In this document: positions 26,190-40,146 of the stretch, piece after piece
How the letters are laid out: every line of letters begins with the position of its first letter
Position numbering within the stretch: the stretch's first letter is position 1
Assembly (NCBI GenBank): GCA_030390025.1
Contig: CM059438.1
Location: 61,940,001-62,004,000, forward strand
Direction: 5' to 3'
Length of the DNA stretch: 64,000 nt
Source of the DNA: Squalus acanthias
Taxonomy: Eukaryota
Notes under the pieces: generated by a model
What the model was told of the DNA's origin: nothing
Databases searched by the model: none
The model's input: the letters and a program-made list of their open reading frames with translations, nothing else
Made by a program: the position numbers and the translations under genes

Positions 26190-27950
26190 GCTGATGTATG
26201 TATTGGAAGTACAATTTCAAAATATACAAATGACACCAAATTGGGGGGTATAGTTAATACTGAGGAAGACTGACAATATAAGACATGGGCATGTAAATGC
26301 CAAATTAATTTTAATAGATAAATGAGGGTGCATTTTGGTAGGAGGAATAAGGAAGCCATGTACACCTTAAAAAGTAAGGGGGAAAAATTCAGTTGGTTGC
26401 GCCTCCCGTTAGCGCCTTAAGAGGGCGCTAATGGGGCGCAAAGCAACTAGCGCCCATGCGTGGCGATGTTTGCGCTGCTCATGAAATTAACTAGACATTT
26501 TGCGGCGGCGCTAAACACTACCGCCACGATCTCCTGCGCCGGCAGATCATGACGTCACTCGAGTGCGCAACGCCCCGGTATCGCCCCGGAGCGGATATTG
26601 AGTGGCGCCCCCTGCCTTACCGCCTGACGCTAGCAACGACAGGTTGAGGAGAGCGTTCTGCAGTCATGAAGGGAAAGGGGGAGCGCTATTTAAAGGTGAC
26701 CGCTTCCTGCCTTTTATTGTTGGTGCCATTTTTGAACTACGCATTCTGAGAGAGAGAGGGAGAGACTTCTGGAGAGATTCAACGTTGTGTGAAGGAGTTT
26801 TGGGTACTGAGCAGCACTTTGCAGGTTCATTTTGATTTGCCATTCCTTGTATCGATTTAGCAGAGACTGTGGGGGCTGCACTCAGCTCTTGGCCTGGTAC
26901 TCTCCATTGTTCTTTCCAGCACATTTGATGTGCAGGTCGCTCCAGGCTGAGATTCAAGGCTGCAATGAGCAGGATGTGGATGGAAAGCAAGATTAACCAT
27001 CCCCTTTAAGAACTGGCCCGTGCCATTGTGTGTGTGTTCCATTGCTGACTGACATTACATGAGCTTTGCCAGCGCTCTGAGGTAGCGCCTCGGCCTTTGC
27101 GCCTTAAGACAAGTGTGAAGCGCATGATTTAGCGCTCCAATCACCTCCAGGGGCGATAAAAGTCAAGTTTGCAGTCGGTGGCGATAATTAGCGCCAGGCG
27201 CTAATCTTAGCGCCCGGCCGATAATTGCGCCCCAAATGGGGCGATACTGAATTTCTTCCCCTAAGAGTCTAAATGGGGTAGAGGAACAAAGGGATCTAGA
27301 GATACACAATCATTAAAAGTAGCAATGCAAGTTAACAGCCATAAAAATAGCAAACAATGCATAGGTTCATTTCTAGAGGGATAGATTTGAAAAGCAGGAG
27401 TTATGTTAAACTTGTATAGAACCTTGGTTGGACCACACTTCTAGTACTGTGCACAGTTCTAGTCTCTATTATAAGGGTATAGAGGCACTGGAGAAGGTGC
27501 AAAAACAATTTAAGGATGATACCAGAACTGAGGAAATTATAACTCAGGAAAGACTGAATAGGCTGGGGCTCTTTTTCTCTAGAAAAGAGAAGGCTGAGGG
27601 GGGTGACCTGATAGAGGCCTTTAAGATTATGAAAGGGTTTGATAGGGTAGACGTAGAGAAGATGTCTCCACTTGTGGAGGAGACCAAAACTAGGGGCCAT
27701 AAATATAAGATAGTCACTATAAATCCAATAGTGAAATCAGGAGGAACTTATTTACCCAGAAAGTGGTTCGAATGCGGAACTCGCTACCACGGAGTAGTTG
27801 AGGTGAATAGTACAGCTGCATTTAAGGGGAAGCTAGATAAACACATGAAGAAAGGAATAGGTTATGCTGATAGGGATGGGATGAGGCTCGTGTGGAGCAT
27901 AAACACCAGCACAGACCAATTTCTGTGCTGTACCATTCAATGTAATTCTA
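26190..27950 (+). mobile_element. CR1 LINE 3' portion, interrupted by a MITE
   Basis: Degenerate RT C-terminus (DDTKLGG-like; ERLNRLGLF; GDLIEAFKIMKGFDRVD) and CR1 tail. Confidence 0.8.
26378..27261. mobile_element. PIF/Harbinger-type MITE
   Basis: TIRs gggggaaaaattcagt / actgaatttcttcccc; perfect TAA TSD (26375-26377, 27262-27264). Removing it rejoins the CR1 sequence. Confidence 0.85.
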
Positions 27951-29273
27951 TAGGTCTGGTTTGTAAATACCCAGGGCACATCTACTCAACATTTCCCCCA
28001 TAAAATTTGATAATTCTAACCATGAACAAAAAAACTTGTGTGGCTGCACTGCAGCTATGATAGCGACCAATGAAGTCTTCAGCAGCTGAACTAAACAACC
28101 ACCACTGGGGGGTTTCAATCAACCTTTCATACTTGACTGCTCTAGATATTAGTAACATCAGTGAAGTCTGCACAGGATCGAACAGCAATAATGGACAGAG
28201 AATTTACCATTGCTTTCAAAAGGGAAGTGAATAAACTTTGAAAAAAGAAAAATATTAAGGGGTACAGGAGAGGGCAGGTGAATTAAACTAAGTGGATAGT
28301 TTTTTCCTGAGTTGGCATAGGTGTGATGGACCAAATAATCTGTGTTGTAGTTTTACAATTCTATGCGCATCCATCATAGGTTTAATCACATTAGCAACTT
28401 TTTTACTCTTAATATTGTCAGAACAAATTATTACATGTGCCTTTTCACTTATGACTGTTACCTGTATCCTTTCACCGATCCTTAAGCAAAAATCAATCAA
28501 ATTGTGGCAGTTTTAATTGTTTCTTTGACTTACAGATCAGATTGGTTAATTCATTCATCAGCAGAAGGTTCCTCTGATCAAGAAGAATGTTTTTCTAACA
28601 TAGTGAAGACATGTACATATGATGTAAATTGATTGTATCTCAGTCGATGTCCCATACATTTACCCTTGTAGTTTGTGAAGTCTAACTCAATTTTAATTAG
28701 ATATATACATGCGTTATCGAGTTTCTCTGGGAATCTTTACCTCTAAGAGTAAACAGGGTGATCTATTTCACACACTGGATTAAAACCAGTGCTTTTGAAA
28801 CAGAAGAATTATTTCTAAGGCTGTTACCTAGACAGGGTGAAGGGTTCTTAGAAACTTGAGGGGAAGAAACTTCAAGCAGGAGGGCGAGGAGAGGTTGAAT
28901 TTGCATTGCACTAACAAGATCTTTTCCCCCCCGTGAATTCATTGGCACTTGTATTTTGATTCTGGGATCTTGGATACTTTTTCTTATGCCCAAAACAAAA
29001 GCCAGCTCCCATCGCCAAACCTGCACTTCCCATGAACTGAAGTGATAACTTGTGAGAGTTAATAGGGGAAGCATGCCCTGGGCCTTTATTGTCCCTGTAT
29101 TACAACAACTTGCATTTACATAGCACCTTTAACGTAGGAAAACATCCCAAGGCGCTTCACAGAAGTGTAATCGGACCTAAAGTGACACTGAGCCACAGAA
29201 GGAATCCACGCCAGATTTCAACTGTGCAGACAAGTTACACCAGACATTTTCACAGCAAACTCAACGATCATAC

Positions 29274-29489
29274 TGTGGCAGATCGCCACCTAAACGGGCG
29301 CAATCCACTTTTCCGTCCGTGGACAATAAATCGGGCACCTTGCCTTTAAGGCAGGAGAAAAGGAGTGGGCGGGACCTCTGGGTTTTTGGGAGAAAAATGT
29401 GGCTGCAGCCATTTTGACCAGAGTTGTGATTAAAAGCTATGTGTTTCACATGTTGACTCGGCCTCCATTTGTGCTCCGCGGCAGCCACA
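29274..29489 (+). repeat. 5' LTR
   Basis: 216 bp; 7 substitutions relative to the 3' LTR by manual comparison. Confidence 0.95.
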
Positions 29490-29493
29490 ACAT

Positions 29494-29507
29494 TGGTGAC
29501 CCCGACG
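29494..29507 (+). promoter_or_regulatory. Primer binding site, tRNA-Trp
   Basis: TGGTGACCCCGACG 4 nt after the 5' LTR, the known tRNA-Trp PBS sequence. Confidence 0.85.
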
Positions 29508-32500
29508 CTCAGAACGTATTCCGAGCACTGCAATGGCGGACACAAACGCAGTTTCCGTGAAACTGCCGGAGTTTTGGGAAAACCAGCCTGAAGCCTGGTT
29601 TCTCCAAGCCCCGATTCCGGCTGCAACAAATCACCACAGATGGGACGAAGTACGACTACCTCGTCACATCACTCGGTAGCTCCACAGTTACGAAGGTCTG
29701 GACAGCGCTGCAGAACCCACCAGAGGGGGGCAAGTATGCACATCTTAAGGCCGCGCTCCTTAAAAAATTTACGGCCTCGACATACCAGCGAAACTGCCAC
29801 CTCCTCGACCTTCCAGGCCTCGGTGATGCCTCACCGTCAGACCTGCTCTCCCTCACCGACGAGAGTCCACCCCGATCCTTCTTCCGCACGCTGTTCATCC
29901 GCCAGCTACCTCTCAGCATCCGCCCAGCGATCGTGGCGTCCGGCCTCACGGACCTGGAAGCCCTGGCCGATGAGGCCGACAAGCTGCTGTCCGCTCACTC
30001 CAGCCGCGACGTCACTCCGGACCTGGCAGCCAATGCCTGGGCGCACCCCTCACCGGCCACCACAAGGCCCAGCCACCGGGCTCACGGGGCCTTCGTGCCC
30101 CACTAACCCGGGCCACTGTTACTACCACGCACGGTTTGGCGCCAGGGCACAACGGTGCACACCTCCCTGCTCTTTAAAGTCCGCCCCCGTACCAGCCCCC
30201 GCGATGGCCGTGGGCCACGCGGGCTCCCTGCTGTACGTCACGGATGACAAAACCGGCCGCCGGTTCCTGTGCGACACTGGAGCTCAGCACAGCATCATCC
30301 CGGCCTCCTCCCTCGACATCCAAAAGGGCAAACGAGGACCGGCGCTGGCTGCTGCTAACGGCTCGGACATCCCGACGTACGGCACCCGCACAGTCACCCT
30401 CGACCTCGCTGGTCGCCGCTCCCGATGGGAGTTCATCACTGCCAAAGTGCTCTCCCCTCTCATCGACGCAGATTTCCTGTGCGTCCACGGCCTACTGGTA
30501 GACATCCCTCGACACCGCCTCGTGGACATGAACACCATGTCCCCCATCCTGGGCGCCATGGCCCCCCGTCAGCCCGCCAACATGGCGTCACAGTGCCACG
30601 CCCGGGCCACGGATGACTACTCGGCACTCCTGGCCAAATTCCCGGCCCTTACCAATCCGACCTTCTCCGCGGAGGCCGCCAAACACGGGGTGGAACACTT
30701 CATCCCCACCACAGGCCCCCCAGTGTACGCCCACGCCCGCAGGCTGGACCCGGCCAAACTGGAGATCGCGCGGACCGAGTTTGCCACCATGGAACAGCTC
30801 GGCATCATCCGCCGCTCCAACAGTCCCTGGGCCTCCCCACTCCACATCGCCCCCAAACCAGGTGGGGGTTGGCGCCCCTGCGGGGATTACCGCCACCTCA
30901 ACGATGCCACCACCCGATCGGTACCCCGTGCCGCACATCCAGGACTTCTCGGCTAGACTGGCCGGCCGCTCAGTCTTTTCCAAGGTCGACCTGGTGCACG
31001 GCTACCACCAAGTCCCCGTCCACCCCGTGGACATCCCCAAGACGGCCGTAATCACCCCCTTCGGCCTTTTCGAGTTCCTGCGGATGCCCTTCGGCCTCAA
31101 AAACGCGGCCCAGGCATTCCAACGGCTCATGGACTCGGTCCTTCGGGACCTGAAGTTCCTGTTCGTCTACCTGGACGACATCCTGGTAGCCAGTTCCTCC
31201 AAGCAGGAACACCTCGAACACCTTCGCATCCTGTTCGGGCGCCTCAGCGACCACGGGCTCATCCTCAGCCCGGCCTGGACAAGATCGACTTCCTCGGCCA
31301 CCACATCACCTATGCTGGGGCCATTCCCCTGCCCACCAAGGTGCAGGCTGTCCAACAATTTCCCCGCCCCACCACCATCAAAGGCCTCCAGGAGTTCCTC
31401 GGGATGGTGAATTTCTACAACCGCTTCATCCCCAAAGCGGCGTCCCTCATGAGGCCCCTGTATGAAGCCCTCCGGGGCAGGAGCGGCAAGATGGCGGTTG
31501 AATGGACGGCAGACGCGTCAGCCGCCTTCGACTCTACCAAGACCGCGCTCGCCAACGCCACCCTGCTCGCGCACCCACGGCCCAATGCCAGGGTAGCGCT
31601 CACCACGGACGCCTCCGACCACGCGGTCGGCGCCGTGTATGAGCAGTGGGTCGACGGCGCCTGGCAACCACTTGCCTTCTTCAGCCGCCAACTACGCCCC
31701 CCGGAGGTCAAGTACAGCACCTTCGACCGCGAGCTCCTCGCGCTGTTCCTGGCGGTCCGCCATTTTCGGTTTTTGCTGGAGGGCCACCCCTTCACTGCGT
31801 TTGTCGACCACAAACCCCTGACATTCGTAATGGCAAAGACAACTGACCCCTGGTCCGCCAGGCAGCAGCGCCAGCTCGCAGCAGTGTCCGAGTTCACCAC
31901 GGACATCCAACACGTCTCCGGCCGAGACAATGTGGTAGCCGACTGCCTCTCCCGCCCCGCCATCCATGCCGCACACCTGGCAGTCGACTACGCTCAGCTC
32001 GAAGCAGACCAGATCACCGACCCTGATCTGCTCTCCGCACCTACCAAGGCTACGCCTGGCCGACGTCGCCTGGGGCCCGACCGCAGTCACGGTCAAGTGC
32101 GACATATGCCTAGGTCAACCTCGGCCCGTCGTCCCAGCGTCCTGGCGCCACCGGGTATTCGAGATTCTTCACAACCTCTCCCACCCCGGCGCCCGTGCAT
32201 CCATCAAATTGGTAGCCAACCGCTTTGTCTGGCGCGGCCTTCGCAAGGATGTGCGTACTTGGGCCAACTCCTGCCTAGCCTGCCAACGGGCCAAGGTGCA
32301 GCAACACACGAAAGCACCCCTCGAGGAGTTTACCGTCCCTTCGCGTAGATTCGACCACATCCACGTGGACATCGTCGGGCCCCTGCCGCCGTCGCAAGGC
32401 CACACGCACTTGCTGACGATCGTTGACCGCACCACGTGCTGGCCCGAGGCAATTCCACTGACCTCTACCCGCCGACATCGCCAGAGCCTTCGTCAGCACC

Positions 32501-33288
32501 TGGGTCGCACGGTTCGGCGTCCCCTCCGACATGACGTCGGACAGAGGTCCGCAATTTACCTCTAAACCGCCGTTGCACGCAATCTCGGGGGTGACCATTC
32601 ACCGCACCACAGCGTACCACCCCCAAGCCAACGGACTGTGTGAGCGGTTCCACAGATCCTTGAAGGCATCTCTTCGAGCCAGCCTCCAGGACGGCGCCTG
32701 GACCGACCGACTCCCGTGGGTCCTCCTCGGCCTGCGTACCGTGGTTAAAGACGACCTCCATGCATCAGCAGCAGAGCTCGTGTACGGCCAGCCGCTGTGC
32801 GTACCCGGCGAGTTCCTGCCCACCGCCACGACACCCTGGTCAGCCGACCAGCAACGCCACGACTTCGCCTCACCGGCGCTACAGTTCGCCCCGGTGCCCA
32901 TTGCCCGCCACGGCGAATCCACCTCACACGTCCCACTAAGCCTGCACCAGGCACGGTTCGTTTTCGTCTGGCACGACGCCCACCGCGGACCCCTTCAACC
33001 GCCGTACGACGGGCCCTACAAGGTGCTACAGGCTGGGGACAAATTTTTCACCCTGCAAGTGGGCAACAGGACCGAAAAACTGTCGGTTGATCGACTCAAG
33101 CCAGCACACTCTGAGCCCGGTGAGCAGGTCCCTGTAGCTCATCCACCGCCACGCGGCCGACCTGCCCTCAAGCCGGTTCACCCGGCTGCTCCACGTCCAC
33201 CGGCGTCCTACAAGAGCCGCTCCGGCCGGCCCATCAGACCGCCGCACCGTCTCGTCCACACCTCCTAAGCGGATTCTGGGGGGAGCTG

Positions 33289-33504
33289 TGTGGCGGATCG
33301 CCACCTAAACGGGCGCAATCCACTTTTACGTCCGTGGACAATAAATCGGGCACCTTGCCTTTAAGGCAGGAGAAAAGGAGTGGGCGGGGCCTCTGGGTTT
33401 TTGGGAGAAAAATGTGGCTTCAGCCATTTTGACCAGAGTTGTGATTAAAAGCTATTTGTTTCATATGTTGACTCGGCCTCCATTCGTGCTCCGCGGCAGC
33501 CACA
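33289..33504 (+). repeat. 3' LTR
   Basis: 216-bp direct repeat of 29274-29489, preceded by the polypurine tract. Confidence 0.95.
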
Positions 33505-34262
33505 ATACAGGTTTATTTACAGCTACAGCCATTTACAAGGCAAGCAGCAACAGCGAGTTATCGAAATCAATCCATGCAACACAGCAGCTTTGATCTAGTT
33601 TTTGAAAAGTTTGTGTGTTTAATCCTGTCAGTTGAATTTGTTTGCCAGACTTTGTGTACATCTTTAAAAAAAAAGACAAAAAGCTTCCTGTGAAGAGAGT
33701 AGCCACCAAAGCTCTACTGGTTACGATCTCAAAATTATGTGGGCATCCTACCTAGATCTGTGTCTTGCATCCGTTTGTAGCAGCTCGGTCAAAGCTGTAA
33801 CCAGCATGTATATCAAAAGTGTCAGTTTCTTATATTCTTATAGTTTCACCTTTGAAAAGTCTGTATACAAGATAGAGGCACTTTACTCAAACAATGGACA
33901 GAAAACTTCATGATACATGCACAGAAGCATCCTGATGGCCACCTGCGGTTTTGACAAGCGCTATTTATATTAAGGCTACCCAGATTAGATGATGTAATAA
34001 ATTAATAGCCTGGTGAGCCACATTAAGTTGGTGACTATTTACCTAGGTGCATACATCTATTAGTAATCAGCTGTATGGTCTTGCACAGCCAAAAGAATAG
34101 GTAATTCTCCCAGTTTGAGAGTTGTATCTTTCTTGAAAGAACCCATTGTTAAGATGAGAAATAATACAGAAAGAAAATTCAAACAGTATACTAAATACTT
34201 CATTTTTATCAAAATTTGAATTAAATCAGAGTACCTACACTCATTGTGTTTGTGTACCTTTA

Positions 34263-34862
34263 GGGGGAAAAATTCGGTATCAACCATTTTGGGGCGCTAA
34301 CTTTAGCACTGGCGACTGTGAAATTGAGTTTTAGCGCCCCGAGGGAAGTGGAGCGCTAAATCAAGGACACGAACGTCGGAGAGCGGGGCGGAGACTTCAG
34401 CAGCGCTGCCCCGTTCAAAGGCTCCTTCCCTCCCTTAAAGGAAAGGGCCATCGCTGCAGGCTCTGCAATTTAAAAAGTACCTACCTGGACCACCAAGGCA
34501 GCCGCGGGCAGGAACCTGCGAAAAAAAACTAGAACAGGAAAGGTAGTTATTTAAAAAAAACTTACCTCAGCCACCTCGCCTTTAATCATCGCCCCCGAAG
34601 CGGCCGACCGCCCGATGCACGCCGTCTGTGTTTTTGATCAGCGCTGCTGCAGGGGGCGGGAATCAATTTTGGGTCTGGGGCGCTACCGGGGTGATGACGT
34701 CACGATCTCCAGGCGAAGGAGATCGGGGCACAACGCTGTAGCGCCGCTGCAAAACTCCCGCCGAATATGGCGGGAGTCGATGTCAGCGCCGCGCCCGGTC
34801 GCAAAGCTATTTGTGCCCCGTTAGCGCTCAATGGTAGGCGCAAAGGCACCCAATTCACCCCC
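34263..34862. mobile_element. Harbinger-like MITE related to 26378-27261
   Basis: Ends gggggaaaaattcggt / cacccaattcaccccc, flanks tta/ttg, shared agcgcc/ggcgct subterminal motifs. Confidence 0.7.
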
Positions 34863-34939
34863 TTGATATATAATAATTGTAATATTTAACTTTTAAATAA
34901 ATATTAGTGGTTGTAGTCTATAATGCAGTGCAGGCAGAT

Positions 34940-37710
34940 TTTAAATGATTGTTCCGGGAAATTTTAATTATTTATGGATTGAAATGAAATTCCAAAAATG
35001 TGTACAGGACTCCTTCCTCAGGCAGTACGTTAGTCATCCTACAAGGGCAGAGGCTTTGCTAGATCTGTTTATGAGTAATGAAATACATCAGGTAGATAAG
35101 CACCTAGGGAGTAATGACCGCAATGATGATGTGGTTTAAGGTCTAATTGGAAAGGGAAATATCATGAGGGGTCTGGACCGAGTAGAGAGAGAGAGAAACT
35201 GTTCCCATTGGCGGAAGGGTCAAGAACCAGAGGACACAGATTTAAGGTGATTGGCAGAAGAACCAAAGGCATCACGAGGAAAATCTTTTTTACGCAGAGA
35301 GTGGTTAGGGTTTGGAATGCACTGCTTGAAAGGGTGGTGGAGGCAGACTCAATCGTGGCTTTCAAAAGGAAATTGATAAGTAGTGGAAGGAAAACATTTT
35401 GCAGGGATACGGGAAAAGGGCGGGGGTGTGGGACTAGGTGAAGTACTCTTGCAGAGAGCCGGCACGGGCCAAATGGCCTCCTTCTGTGCTGTAACCATTC
35501 TATGATTCTAAAAATCAGTACAAAAAACTAGAACACCAGATTGAACTAGGGCAGATTTTACAAATAGGAGCTGAGGTGAAGTGGAAGGAGAAAGTAACAA
35601 CAGGACTGTAGAGCAGCAGCGGGATTTAAAAAAAAATTAGACTGCAAAGGTTCAGAATACGTATATTCCATTAAAAAATGAAATAACTAGTAGTTTCAGG
35701 GTGGAAAGGATAAATAAAGAGGTTAGAAACTGATTAAAATTGAAGAGGGCCTATGAGAATGATAAAACTAATGAAAAAACTAAAGAAGAATGAGAAAATA
35801 AGAAAAGAAATTGCAAAAACATCAGAAGGAACAGCAAGTATTTTACAAGTATATCAGTAAATACAGATGTTAAAAGTGAGGTGGCAGCCCTGAGGAGAGG
35901 AGTGTCAATTTGTAGATGATCAAAAAATGACGGAGGTATTTAAAAAGCACTTTGCATTGCTCTTTACTAAAGAGAAGTTAGGGCTGATAAGTGGCAAGTA
36001 ACATTCGCGCCACACAAGTGACAGGCAATGACTATCTCCAACAAGAAAGAGTCTAACCACCGCCCCTTGACATTTAACAGCATTAGCATCACCGAATCCC
36101 CCACCATCAACATCCTGGGGGGGTCACCATTGACCAGAAACTTAACTGGACCAGCCACATAAATACTGCGGCTACAAGAACAGGTCAGAGGCTGGGTATT
36201 CTGTGGTGAGGATCTCACCTCCTGACTCCCCAAAGCCTTTCCACCATTTACAAGGCACAAGTCAGGAGTGTGAAGGAATACTCTCCACTTGCCTGGGTGA
36301 GTGCAGCTCCAACAACACTCAAGAAGCTCGACACCATCCAGAACAAAGCAGCCTGCTTGATCGGCACCCCATCCAGCACCTTAAACATTCACTCCCTCCA
36401 CCACCGGCACACCGTGGCTGCAGTGTGCACCATCTACAAGATGCACTGCAGCAACTCGCCAAGGCTTCTTCGACAGCACCTCCCAAACCCGCGACCTCTA
36501 CCACCTAGAAGGACAAGGGCAGCAGGCGCATGGGAACACCACCACCTCCAAGTTACAAACTATCCTGACTTAAAAATATATCGCTGTTCCTTCATCGTCG
36601 CTGGGTCAAAGTCCTGGAACTCCCTCCCTAACAGCACTGTGGGAGTACCTTCACCACACGGACTGCAGCGGTTCAAGGCGGCGGCTCACCACCACCTTCT
36701 CAAGGGCAATTAGGGATGGGCAATAAATGCTGGCCTTGCCAGTGACACCCCATCCCAGGAACTAAAAAAAAGGCCATCAGAGAGGAGGTGAATCCTGAAG
36801 TGGTTCAGAGAGAGGTGAGCGATATTAGGATGCATAAAAGGAAAATTTTAGATACTTTAGGCTAAAGGAAGACAAAGCTCCAGGGCCCGACAGGATACAT
36901 CACAGGATCCTGAGGGAGACAAAGGAGGACATTTTGGAGCCTCTAGAAATTATATTTCAGGGGTCTACTGAGTGTGGATGTGTGGCAGTGGACTGGAGTG
37001 GCCAATGTAGTACCCATTTTTAAGAAGGGAGACAGAGCTAATCTGGATTATTACAGACCAGTTAGTTTAATATCTGTGGTAGGGAAAATGTTAGAGTTTC
37101 TAATTAAAGAAGAAATGACCACCTATCTGAATAGAGAGAGAATAGAAAGTAGCCAGTGCAGATTTCAAAAAGGGACGATTGTGCTCGACAAACTTCATAG
37201 ACTTTTTTGAGGAGCTAACAGACATGGTAGATGGGGAAAATGCATCTTTCAGAAAGCCTTTGACAAGGTACCACACAGAAGATTACGGAGTACGGAATTA
37301 GGGGGGAAAGATAGCAAACTGGATTAATTGTTAGAAGGGAGAAAACAGTCGGAGTTAAGGGCAGTTTTAGAAGCTAGAAGTGGGTTATGGTGTCCCACAA
37401 GATTCAGTCTGGGGCCACTTCTGTTCACTGTATCATTGATTTGGATACAAGCCTAGAGGGAGTGGTGTTGACATTTGATACAAGATTAAATCTAAGAGAT
37501 TTAGAATAGAGAAACTTCTTTACAAAGGGAGTTGGGAGGCGGTGGAATTCACTTCCAGGGTTAGTGTTTGAGGCAGAAAATTTGTCAACAATTAAGAATA
37601 GATTGGATCGGAGATGACAGAAACAGGGATAAAGGGATAGGGGAACAGGGAGTGTAAACACTGACGTTTAGGCCAAATGGCCTGTTTCCATCTAGTCTTT
37701 TTATGTAAAC
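34940..37710 (+). mobile_element. Old degenerate CR1 LINE with nested younger insertions (CR1 3' end about 35165-35510; other LINE 3' end about 35980-36770)
   Basis: APE remnant (QYVSHPTRAEALLDL), RT remnants (ANVVPIFKKGDR...YRPVSL). The 35980-36770 segment matches the 3' part of the LINE at 42216-45480. Confidence 0.75.
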
Positions 37711-38309
37711 CTAGTAAGCAGGTTACTGCAAGTGAAGTAATAGTTATCCCTTGGGATGCAACTCTACAAGAAAAAGGTACAGCTTCTAGATTGTAGGGGG
37801 CAAAGATGCACCTAAGGAAACAGATGTCAGATAGTTGAAAGAGACCATACATAAACCCAGAAAGAGAGCTTTAAAATGTGAATCATCCAAACATTTTAAC
37901 TACACAGTTAAACAGTTGGGACAGTTTCAATTTAGACTGAGTCACAAGAGCAGGAACAGAATGTTCCCGCAGAGAGCACAATCATTTTACAACACTATGC
38001 CAGCCAGACACTGATCAAATCAATTCCATAAGGGACTTACTCAGACCTCTGGGTCTGGGGATGGAACCAGAGGACAGAATTGGGCCTTCGGCTAAACTAA
38101 CTGCAGCACTATGTTTGAGAGTTGTGACAATTGTTCACAGTTAAGCCTGTCCCTATAGAGCCTACACATCAAGATTATTTAGCAACATAGGAATTGCTAG
38201 ACGAAAAAAGACCAGGCTCATCTAGTTTGTCTTCACCAACCTGGTAGTTGCAGGATACAATGGAGTTGTTCACTAATCATGGCAATCAATCTCTATCAAT
38301 TAGTCTATT

Positions 38310-39160
38310 AGCTATTCACAGTGGCAGAAGGTGGGTAGTGGTGTTCCACAAGGATTCGTGCTGGGACCACTGTTGTTCACAATTTATATTAAACGATTTA
38401 GACTTTGGAATTAAAAACACAATTTCTAAATTTGCAGATGACACCAAATTGGCGGGGGCGGGGGGGAGAGAAATAGTCAATACTGAGGAGGACTGCAACA
38501 AATTACAGTAGGACATTAATAAACTTGCAGAATGGGCATATATAATTGGCAAATGAATTTCAACACAGATAAATGTGAGGTATTACATTTTGGTAGGAAG
38601 AATAGGGAGGTCACATTACTTGGAGGGCGAGAGTCTGGGTGTGGTAGAGGAGCAAAGGGATCTCTGAGCACAAATCGCTAAAAGTAGCGACACAGGTTAA
38701 CAAGGCCATAAAAAAAGCAAACCAAGCACTAGGGTTTATTTCTAGAGGGATAGAATTGAAAAGTAGAGAAGTTATGCTAAACTTGTATCGAACCTTGGTT
38801 AGGCCACACTTGGAGTACTGCGCACAGTTCTGGTCGCCATATTATAAAAAGGATATAGAGGCACTGGAGAGGTTGCAAAAAATATTTACAAGGATAATAC
38901 CAGAAATGCGAGGGTATACCTATCAGGAAAGGATGAACAGGCTGGGTCTCTTTTCTCTTGAAAAGAGAAGGCTGAGGGGTGACCTAATAGAGGTCTTTAA
39001 AATTATGAAAGAGTAGACAGAGAGAGTGTGTTTCCATTTGTGGGGAAGAGCATAACTAGAGGCCATCAATATAAGATAGTCACCAAGAAATCAAATAGGG
39101 AATTCAGAAGAAACTTCTTTACCCAGATGGTGGTGAGAATGTGGAACTCACTACCACGCT
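38310..39160 (+). mobile_element. CR1 LINE fragment
   Basis: SKFADDTKL; LYRTLVRPHLEYCAQFWSP; nearly the same sequence as 49640-50695. Confidence 0.85.
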
Positions 39161-39738
39161 ACACAGACCACGTCATTTAATGCATTAGTACCAATATGCT
39201 GCAAAAAGATCATATTTAATCTACTATAGTTTAATATATGGCGCAAGATCCTTTTCGTACACTAGTTTTAGTTCATCACCTTAAAATGCTACGACCACCA
39301 CTAACAGATCAGTGACCACTAATACTTCATCATAGTGTTACCTGCCTCAAAATACATTTGGAAGAATAACATTTTTAAATAGTACACTGGTTGTTTTTCC
39401 ACTGTTCAAGTGGATCTCATTCAAAACTTTTACATGGCCATTACACTTCCGTGAAATGGTAGTGACAACACAGCAACAGATGTAGTGAAAGACAAGGTTT
39501 AATTCGGTTAATCTGGTGGTAACGATAAAAACCACACACACCAAACTTGTTGGTATAAACAATGAATTTGACCTTTCTTCTCTTCCAACACTCCAGTCCA
39601 CCAAAACTCTATTTACTTATCCAGTAACGACCAGCACAGACAGAGTATTACTGAGATCACACCATAGAAGGCTACCACTTCCTGTATCTCGCAATTCAGA
39701 GCAGGAAAAGGCCCCCACCTCCGACAATCCAGTTCTTA

Positions 39739-40146
39739 TTAACGGGTGTAATTTTTTGGAAACAGTTGGAAGAGCTTGCCCTCTTGTGTCGGTTCAAAGC
39801 CGTATTTCTCTAGGTTGTTCAGGCTGAAGGTCCCTTCCTGAAAGTCCTTTTCTATTTGCGGAGCAACAGTTTCTGTGAAGAGTTTCTTGGCTGTCAGGGG
39901 TTGCTCTGTTCCTCTCGGTGCTTTGTAAGACACATAGGGTTTCAGGTTAAAACCTTCTAAATTGGGGACCACAAACTCAGGCACCATTTTTCTGATCTTT
40001 ATAAACTTGCCGCTGGAAGTAATAAACCCTGCTGGTTTGGCTCCCCGGGATCTATAGAAACTGCGGGGTCCACGCTTGCTTGTGAGTTCTGCCGTCCGAT
40101 CAGCTCCACGCACCAAACCCCGAGCCAGATTGGATAGTAATCCCAT
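39739..40146 (-). CDS. MRPL41: Mitochondrial ribosomal protein L41 (mL41), single coding exon
   Basis: 135 aa: LVRGADR...TSKRGPRSF...MVPEFVVP...LKPYVSY...[21 protein letters not shown]; acceptor AG at 40160-40159 just upstream of the ATG. Confidence 0.96.
   Translation of the reverse strand: MGLLSNLARGLVRGADRTAELTSKRGPRSFYRSRGAKPAGFITSSGKFIKIRKMVPEFVVPNLEGFNLKPYVSYKAPRGTEQPLTAKKLFTETVAPQIEKDFQEGTFSLNNLEKYGFEPTQEGKLFQLFPKNYTR

Larger units (their letters stand above)
29274..33504 (+). mobile_element. Full-length Ty3/Gypsy LTR retrotransposon (CsRn1-like), frameshifted gag-pol
   Basis: Two 216-bp LTRs (TGTGGC...GCCACA), ATAC TSD (29270-29273, 33505-33508), gag from ATG 29533 (VKLPEFW), protease CDTGA, RT YLDD, RNase H TDAS, integrase HxxxH...CLAC and YHPQANG, GPY motif, PPT 33278-33286. 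Confidence 0.95.

Noticed and set aside
29656..33304. Numerous antisense and alternative-frame ORFs in the Gypsy element
   Set aside because: Expected from high GC content; no recognisable domains.
39739..40146. MRPL41 as a processed pseudogene
   Set aside because: Intact ORF, upstream acceptor, CpG-island exon and syntenic position; the single coding exon is normal for this gene.
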